From the NCBI RefSeq assembly GCF_000002075.1, contig NW_004797451.1:961679-1025678 (forward strand): a stretch of DNA of 64,000 nucleotides, given 5' to 3'. Numbering within the stretch: position 1 is the stretch's first letter; every line of letters starts with the position of its first letter. The position numbers and the translations under genes were made by a program. This stretch comes from Aplysia californica. Lineage: Eukaryota. The notes beneath the pieces are model-generated. The model was not told where the DNA came from, did no database searches, and worked only from the letters and a program-made list of their open reading frames with translations. Shown here one piece after another: positions 57,272-64,000 of this stretch.

Positions 57272-59075
57272 CCACACATGTAGAGGCAATGACACAACAC
57301 ACATGAGCACACACACTGTATGAGAAGCATTTCAGAAACTGGAACTGACCTGCAGAGGCAAAAATCCTCCGGCCGAATCCACTATCATGACAGAAGGCAC
57401 TCTGTTCTGAAAACAGATCTCCTGGGTGCGTAGCCCTTTTGTAACAGATATAGGATATATCGCACCACCCTTAAAGGATCCATCATTTGCGCAAACCATA
57501 CAATATGTGCCATGTATTTTTCCAATCCCTGGAAAAGAAGAGACAGATAACAACAAAAATAATGTCAATAGACTTTAAAAGCCATTTTTAAAAGAACCGA
57601 AAAGTGTTAAAGAATTAGCACAAAATAAATCTGAAACCCATACCTTGGAATATAGGGATTTTGTTGCACTTACTGTGTAACGATGCTAATACTGGCCACT
57701 AGTTGAAATATTAGTGTAGTTTTTTGTTTAAGGGTTGTTGTTTTTTGTTGTTTGTTTTTGTTGTTTTTTTTTTTGGGGGGGGGGGTCCAGCACTCAAAGT
57801 GGGACTGTACTTGTTACAACTTTGGTGTGAAGAATCTTGAAATTTGCATCCACTTTCATGATCTTAGGATCTCAAAATGACCTTCCAAGCACCAAAAGAC
57901 TTTCAAAATGTGAATCATCCCCTCCCCTCCTCTTTTCCTTTCAGAACTAGCGCAACAACAAAAAAAAGGTGTTATAATAAGCTAAGCGATCAGAAAGACA
58001 AAAAAAGATCACTGTGCAGCCAAAATCCTACTGTAGTCTAGTGAGACCTAACAAAATGAAAACCAACACCACATTCGTCAGCCATCCCTGACTCCCTGAC
58101 ATCAATCTGTCCCCGTGGTTTTATGCACACAGCATAATTTAGCAAAATTTGATCATTTTTTGCATAATTTCTGATTATTTTCCTTTATCATTCTTTGTTA
58201 AAATTAACAGAATCGCATAATTTCACATTTTTGGGCTCAGTTTGCATAATTTCAGAATTTTTCTTGCATAAAACAACGGGGACAGATCAATTCATATCAA
58301 TATTGTGTACTAAAGAATAATATGAGGAAGGTCTTTAAAAGGAAGAGATAATCAATAGTTCTCTCAAAAAAGTGCGCTGAAATTATTATCATTAAAATAG
58401 AATATAGACTATATACAATGTACTAATGGTAAATTTTCACTTTCACTCCGGTACACAATGCTCTGCTTTGAGGGTCAGACTGCAGTATTATTTGTTGCAG
58501 ATCACACATAGCCACTAAAACTGTCACAAATCAATTGTTTTCAAGAAAATTTAAAGCCAACAGCAAAACATCAAATTATAAATTAAAACTTAAAACAAGG
58601 TATGCCCCCCCCCCCTGTAACCCCCCATATTTATTCCTTACTTCAGGAGGGTATGCCCCCCTGTAACCCCCCATATTTTTTTCGAAGTGACTATTTCTCC
58701 AAACATTCGGGAAATTGAACTTGGACTCTATTTCTCCGAACGGTTTCCGTTCTCGACATTTTTTGGGGTTTTTTGCGAGATTTCGGCGTCATCTTTCAGT
58801 CTGCCATTCTGCGAGGACTGGGAAGAAGCAATTTTTGCATCGAATTCAATTTCTAGAAATAGGGATTTTTAAATGTCTGAATATTCAGATACTTCAGTTG
58901 CGGTTGGGGCAACGTTCCCGGACTATACTTCATTTGAAAATACCTTCAAAAGGTACTGCGAGAAAACAAGACTGATCGAACTTGGCAAAAAAACTATTTT
59001 GCATTTAGTCACCCAGCAAAAACTAAAATCCTTCATGTAAAAAAAAACCCCTTCATGCCCCGCCCCGTTCACACC

Positions 59076-59132
<57 letters not shown>

Positions 59133-60128
59133 CACACACACACACACATGCACACCCACACGGGCCACTCCATTCGCAATTATTATCAACAAATCTCGAG
59201 AATGGAAACCGTTCGGAGAAATAAAGTTCAAGTTTATTTTCCCGAATGTTCGGAGAAATAAGGCCTATTTTTTTTCTTACTTCAGGAAGGCATGCCCCCC
59301 TGAACCCCCTCCGCGATAGGCTTCGTGTGATAAAGTTCCATTATAAACCGTCAATTATTTTTAAAACTATTGTTTGCGATGGAAATGAAGTCGATATTCG
59401 AGTTCAGCGTTTCAATAATAATATCATAGAAAATGGACACATTCTATAGTACAGTAAATGTGAAAGGGGTGGGAAAGTAGAAAAATACCGTACTAATTGA
59501 TCCACATACCATTCAGATAATTGGCTCTAGGGACATGTCCATAAGGCATACCCACTCCACCGATCAGAGACAGCTCAAGGAAGTCGTCCATATCATCAAT
59601 AAGTGCCCTTACTCTATCAGTTACCATCATCTTCCCATGCTTTTTTACATGCCTTTCCATAGACTTTTCTCCTCCCCCTGCCAGAGCAACAGCTTCGGCT
59701 TGTCTGTACATATCTTCTGTTTTCTTAAAACAAGCAGAGTTCTTCACACTTTGTGGACTGTTAATGTTTATTGCAGCTTTGTCCTCCTCAACAACACGTA
59801 GAGGCTTGGAGCTGGCACGAGCATTTGGGCTTGGTTTGCTAGGACTATAAAGTCTTATGTGCCTTTGAAAGAGTGCTGCAAATCCGTGCAGCCTATCACC
59901 AGCAAGAAAAGAGTTCCTATTGCAGCTACTAACATTTTTTATCAAAAGTCTTTGATAAGACGCAAGCCTGCTGTAGCATTTACTTATGCAGGGCGGTTGC
60001 TGGAATCTCAATCTCAGTGACAATGAAGAATTTGGTCTGCTGATGGTGGGTGCTAAACATCTGAGATCACCAGCTCTGCCTCTAGGAGTAACGAGATAAA
60101 CCGACCCTAATCTCGTCGCCATCCTCAT
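49652..60128 (-). CDS. Methylcrotonoyl-CoA carboxylase beta chain-like carboxyltransferase (MCCC2-like paralog) with mitochondrial-type N-terminus; at least one exon missing in an N gap
   Basis: Exons 60128-59510, 57528-57350, 56336-56086, 55230-55032, 54343-54252, [gap], 53114-52993, 52367-52269, 50667-50533, 49729-49652. Motifs: [81 protein letters not shown]-terminal VLRM*. Confidence 0.9.
49851..50025 (-). mobile_element. ~170-bp headless retroposon family B; other copies at about 15730-15900, 16276-16445, 27560-27700(-), 45040-45182(-), 45930-46084(-), 47677-48290 (interrupted), 48435-48585(-)
   Basis: Shared start GGTGGTTGGCGGGTGCTCTGG and 3' stem-loop; this copy is flanked by ATCAAACTCT direct repeats. 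Confidence 0.75.
50533..50667 (-). CDS. Gene 2 exon
   Basis: [24 protein letters not shown]; phase 0-0. Confidence 0.9.
51157..52151. mobile_element. ~1-kb TA-flanked non-autonomous DNA transposon (Tc1/pogo-like ends)
   Basis: Imperfect 24-bp TIRs (CAGAAGTCTCCGTCTAAACACATG vs CAGTAGTCTTCACCTAAATGCATG); CpG-rich interior. Confidence 0.5.
52269..52367 (-). CDS. Gene 2 exon
   Basis: [21 protein letters not shown]; phase 0-0. Confidence 0.9.
52993..53114 (-). CDS. Gene 2 exon (first after the gap)
   Basis: [33 protein letters not shown]; phase 1-0. Confidence 0.88.
53173..53983. other. N gap that should contain at least one coding exon of gene 2
   Basis: The flanking exons end in phase 2 and resume in phase 1, and the conserved GIVANNG..HFIQLC..FLQN segment is absent. 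Confidence 0.8.
54252..54343 (-). CDS. Gene 2 exon 5
   Basis: [31 protein letters not shown]; phase 0-2. Confidence 0.92.
55032..55230 (-). CDS. Gene 2 exon 4
   Basis: [21 protein letters not shown]; phase 2-0. Confidence 0.9.
56086..56336 (-). CDS. Gene 2 exon 3
   Basis: [32 protein letters not shown]; phase 0-2. Confidence 0.93.
57350..57528 (-). CDS. Gene 2 exon 2
   Basis: [30 protein letters not shown]; phase 1-0. Confidence 0.92.
58107..58285. mobile_element. Small MITE
   Basis: CTGTCCCCGTGGTTTTATGCA / TGCATAAAACAACGGGGACAG TIRs; ATCAAT on both sides. Confidence 0.7.
58691..59261. mobile_element. Foldback element with ~70-bp TIRs and internal (CA)n
   Basis: TATTTCTCCAAACATTCGGGAAA.. 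is the inverse of ..TTTCCCGAATGTTCGGAGAAATA. Confidence 0.7.
59510..60128 (-). CDS. Gene 2 exon 1
   Basis: ORF 59493-60128; R/S/L-rich presequence followed by the MCC-beta N-terminus; donor G|gtatgt. Confidence 0.88.
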
Positions 60129-60920
60129 TTATGGAATTCTTTTGCAAGAGAAAAACTGTGCATCTATAATGTTATGGTCCGTTCCGATACTTTCAACTTT
60201 CACCAAGAACAACTACAACTTACACACTGACCGGAATGCCGGAGAGTGGGGACCTGAGGTTACTCTCAGGTTACTGGATTTGTTTGTGTGGAACAAAGTT
60301 CATGCCCTCTCAACCGGGCACGGTGCTCTGGTTGCAAGTGTATCCTTATAATAATTATGACGAATGCGGAGATGAGAATGATGAGGTCTTGGTTGCTTTT
60401 GTATCAAATATCTGTCCAAAAAATTCTGGACGAGATCGTAATATCAGTGTAAGCCATAAAGTGATAGTAAGCCAAAAATATATTTAATTTCAGAAAGCAC
60501 AAGTTGACAGATGTCCCAGTATCTTGCACGTACCTGCGGCGGGCAGCCCCTTCTGTGATTCAAAAATTAAAATATACTCAGAGGGCACCCTGTCCAGTGG
60601 AAACTGAGTAAAAAGCATGAATCATGAAAAGATGATACCAGTAGGCTTTTATCGATATTGAACAAAAGTGTTTTATTTATCAATAAGATATGACACAAAA
60701 TCATAAAAATAATTTGACCTTCCCACATCAGTGTGTGCCACAAAACATAGAATTCTGTGGTATGTATTTAATTTGAGATACACCGCAATGAACCGGAAAC
60801 TTTCATAGTCGGCAGTAAACAAACGAAAAGAAAGTGGAAGTCAGATGATGTCTGTGTTATAATAAAAGCTGTTCTATCCTCTCAACTTCCATTGTTATTT
60901 TCGACTGCGAATCTCATGTA
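60129..60920. promoter_or_regulatory. Bidirectional promoter region between gene 2 and gene 3
   Basis: Divergent ATGs ~790 bp apart, raised CpG, ETS-like CCGGAA at 60231 and 60793; a GC-box lies in gene 3 intron 1. Confidence 0.65.
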
Positions 60921-63514
60921 ATGGATTTTGACGTCAACGTCCACGATGCTACATCTGTGTTGCCCTTATGCAGGGAAGAGGTAAAGTAACTTCCTGGTTT
61001 TGGTGCTCCTGGTGTATACCTTGCCTTCGGTCATTGTGGGTGGGTGGGCGTGGACGTTGACATTTATATTGTTTGTTTTGTAGATGGGTCCTTTCTGAAG
61101 ACCGAGAAAGTTTCCCAACAGTTTGAGTTGAATTGAAATAGAAGCAAAACAAAATAAAAAATGTAGTTCCCTACGACAAGAAGTGGGAGTGAAGATATGA
61201 ACCTCGAACCAGGGTACCGGTAGCCTATTATTTTACGAAGTGCCTATTGATTTGAAACTCCGCGTTGCGATTGGGAGTGTCTAAACGCATGCAATGGCAT
61301 GCACCAACACATTTTTTGCTATACTGCTATACGCATGCAATTGTGTGCACCAATATGCTTTTTTTGCTATAAGCACGCAAGTGCATACAAGGTGTATCAT
61401 AACTTTGTTATGCTCGCAATTCCGTGCCGTAATGCCAAAGATTCTCTACTACCAAAATATTGCACTTCCTCTAAATTTGGGCTTTTGTCCGCGCCGTGGC
61501 GGGCCCTCTTTGCCGCTTAGCGCGTGATGGGCTACGTCACTAGTAGGGGATGCGAGGTTGGTTTCATCATCGACTGCTTGGGGGGTGTGTGCATGGAGAA
61601 GGACCAGGGACATTTATAATAAAGATATAGAATAAAATCCCCCAAAGAGAAGAAAATATTATGTCTGTAATGTCAAGGTGTTGAGAAGTCAATTAACTTG
61701 GATCAGTGAATAAATCATAGGAGGAGAAACACAGAATTTGAAAGAAAAGGGACAAAAAGTAACTGGGGAAGTTATCAATCAACATTTCTTTTTTTTTTAA
61801 ATGCTCTTTAACAAAGTGCTATTTGAACACTATTTGTCTTTTTGGACAACACTACAGCCTACAGGAAGCATAGCATGGGTACGTTTTGAAAACTAGAGAT
61901 GTTGATTGAAATATAATGCAAAAAATTACAGGATTTAACATTGTGTTGTGTTGAACAACTGTTTGCAAGCATATAAATGATAATCTGCTCATGATTATTG
62001 TTAAAAATACAGTTGGTCGACAGTAGTTTAATGGCAAAGTTTGATTAGTGAGCATTTATGAAGACTCACTATACACTATCAGGCTATATGTATTATTATT
62101 ATACAGTTATAAATGCCAAAGTGTTCTGAGCTTCTGTCACAGCGCTTTGTTTTGAAAATGTTTCTTTTTTTTTTTTTTTTTAAGATCTAATAATTCTTCA
62201 CAAAGTTGATAACCTTTTCTGTTGCTTTATTGATTTCAGCTTTTTTCTGAGCTGGTGCACAGGAGATTGTATGGAGACATAACGCAGGTGTGGCATCATC
62301 CGGGCCACATCTTCATCACAACAAATGATGGGCACAAGCTGTTTACTTTTGACTGTAAGCCAGTCACTCACCAGCATGTAAGTACGGCATTCTTTGGAAT
62401 ATAATATAATTATGTCTTACCGATATCCCTATGTGTGTGTTTGTATACTAAAAAGTCTACTATTTCTCATGTGGCAACACTGCGTTTGGCCTTCGTCTTG
62501 TTCAAACATCTAGCCAACTTATGGGAAGCTCATTTTGTAATAACCTCGAGATCTGAAAAGTACGGTAAGACTCCTACCAGTAAAGATGTGTTTGTTCTTC
62601 TTGTGTGAACGTACATCACACTTACTTTCATCTCAATGTAGGGAAAAGCCTGTGTATAGCATACCTATACACGTATCTAGTCTCAACAATCTGTGTCGTT
62701 CTAATTGTTTCAAGCATCAAGTACTTGGAAAGTGCGTGTACATTGTGTCAGAAGAGTCCAACGCTGACCGAAAGCCAACACCTGTCAGATGAATGACTGC
62801 TGACCAGCCAATATACAGTCTAGCATACATGCTCATTGTAAAATCAGCAGGATGCAGAACTCTTTTTGTTATGTACGAATTTCGCTATGTAGCATGTTTT
62901 AGATACAAAGAAAATACATCATGTTTTATGAAAAAATTTAGGACCTGAAAATCTGTTTGCTATGTGCGTACTGTACTGTGCTTTCTTCCCAGCTGTGCAC
63001 TTTTCAGAACCACCAAGGAGAATACTCACTTTGAAGAGTGTTAAAAACACAAACATGTCTAACTTTCTTTGTCTAATCCATTTTCTGCAAACGTGTTACA
63101 AACTGTAATTATTCCTATCTAGGTGATGGGTAAATGTTTTCTCAGAAAGTGTCTATGGTATAGTTTGCAGCCACAGTCCTGACAAATCTGTCTGCCACAA
63201 AATTGCTGGTCACTGAAGTGTGAAGTGTTTTGTGTACAGTTCAGTTTGTCTTGGGACATCTCTATTGTGTAGTTATTCCTTGTGTCACTAAAGAGGAAAG
63301 TCCTGTCAGAGATGGGTGTTAAATTTGGAGAGCCTGCCTCCTTAAGAACGTAATAGTGTTGACAGGGGTGGGGCGTTACACCCGTACAATTACTTTTACC
63401 TAACTCTGCTCCTTTTTTCTGTTTCAGGCTTTTGACAGTGGCACCCTGGACCTGTCCAACATCCCCTCTCCCATCATCAACATCTTCATGGCTGCAGATA
63501 ACATAGCAATCATT
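60921..63514 (+). CDS. 5' exons of an unidentified gene (60921-60980, 62240-62377, 63428-63514; 3'-partial); weak resemblance to the BLOC-2 subunit HPS6 N-terminus
   Basis: Phase-0 joins give MDFDVNVHDATSVLPLCREE|LFSELVHRRLYGDITQVWHHPGHIFITTNDGHKLFTFDCKPVTHQH|AFDSGTLDLSNIPSPIINIFMAADNIAII, with good splice sites and a beta-propeller-like pattern. The HPS6 identity rests on recalled motif similarity only. Confidence 0.6.
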
Positions 63515-64000
63515 GTGAGTTGTTTTCTATTACATTATCAAAATTCCTCATGGTAGAACATCTTCTTAGATATAACTATCCCCTCTCCTCCCTCTCATAG
63601 ACGTGTAAAGCATTTACATTCAGCATTTTCAATGTTACCAGTGCCCAACATACTTAACTACATGCCCGAATAAGAATCATTTTCTCATATTCTGGATTTT
63701 TTTAGTGCTGTCAACTTGAACCTGATTATCATATTATCATGTTTCAATTTCTTTTAATAATGTTATTGGTGAAGGATTCACTTGATATAGACAATCAGAA
63801 TGGAAGTATTGTATGCTACATTTTATAACGAGAAGAGATTTTTTATGAAGTTGGGGATTATGATGGGTTAAAAAATGTTTCAGGAACCAGTTATTCAATT
63901 TTGTAAAAATTTTACCATATCATATCTTTGATCTTGTTTTCATCGGATTGTAAGAAGATAGTTCTATTATTGCGTCGATTTGTGATTTATTTCTTCTCTC

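Noticed and set aside
53154-57330. Long ORFs in the track that span N runs and (CA)n/(GT)n
   Set aside because: Artefacts of gaps and microsatellites.

Overview
Eukaryotic genomic DNA from an animal. A lophotrochozoan, probably a gastropod mollusc, is my inference from gene content, the SINE/MITE families and AT-rich introns. The window has several N gaps, and most ORFs in the supplied track are spurious. I built three intron-containing genes by hand and checked splice phases at every junction. (1) + strand, 423-36560: the last 30 exons (about 1,535 aa) of an axotactin-like / CNTNAP-neurexin-superfamily receptor (..LamG-LamG-EGF-FBG-LamG-EGF-LamG-EGF-LamG-stalk-TM). Its cytoplasmic tail is about 300 aa with a 4.1-type motif, FxNPxY and a C-terminal PDZ motif TSV, and it probably has a 3'UTR of about 5.6 kb. 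(2) - strand, 60128-49652: a divergent methylcrotonoyl-CoA carboxylase beta-like carboxyltransferase, convergent with gene 1, with at least one exon lost in an N gap. (3) + strand from 60921: the 5' exons of an unidentified gene with weak HPS6-like resemblance, head-to-head with gene 2. Introns and UTRs carry a mariner relic, MITEs, tRNA-SINEs, LINE fragments and minisatellites. The main hunt results are: a candidate 33-nt neural-type cassette exon in the last LamG domain; a CpG-rich candidate internal promoter that could make a gamma-neurexin-like short isoform; decayed 'ghost' copies of splice junctions beside four exons; a possible UGA-readthrough extension that ends in a second PDZ motif; the same 443-bp MITE in both convergent 3'UTRs; and a fixed-length headless retroposon family. 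No prokaryotic system or CRISPR array is present.
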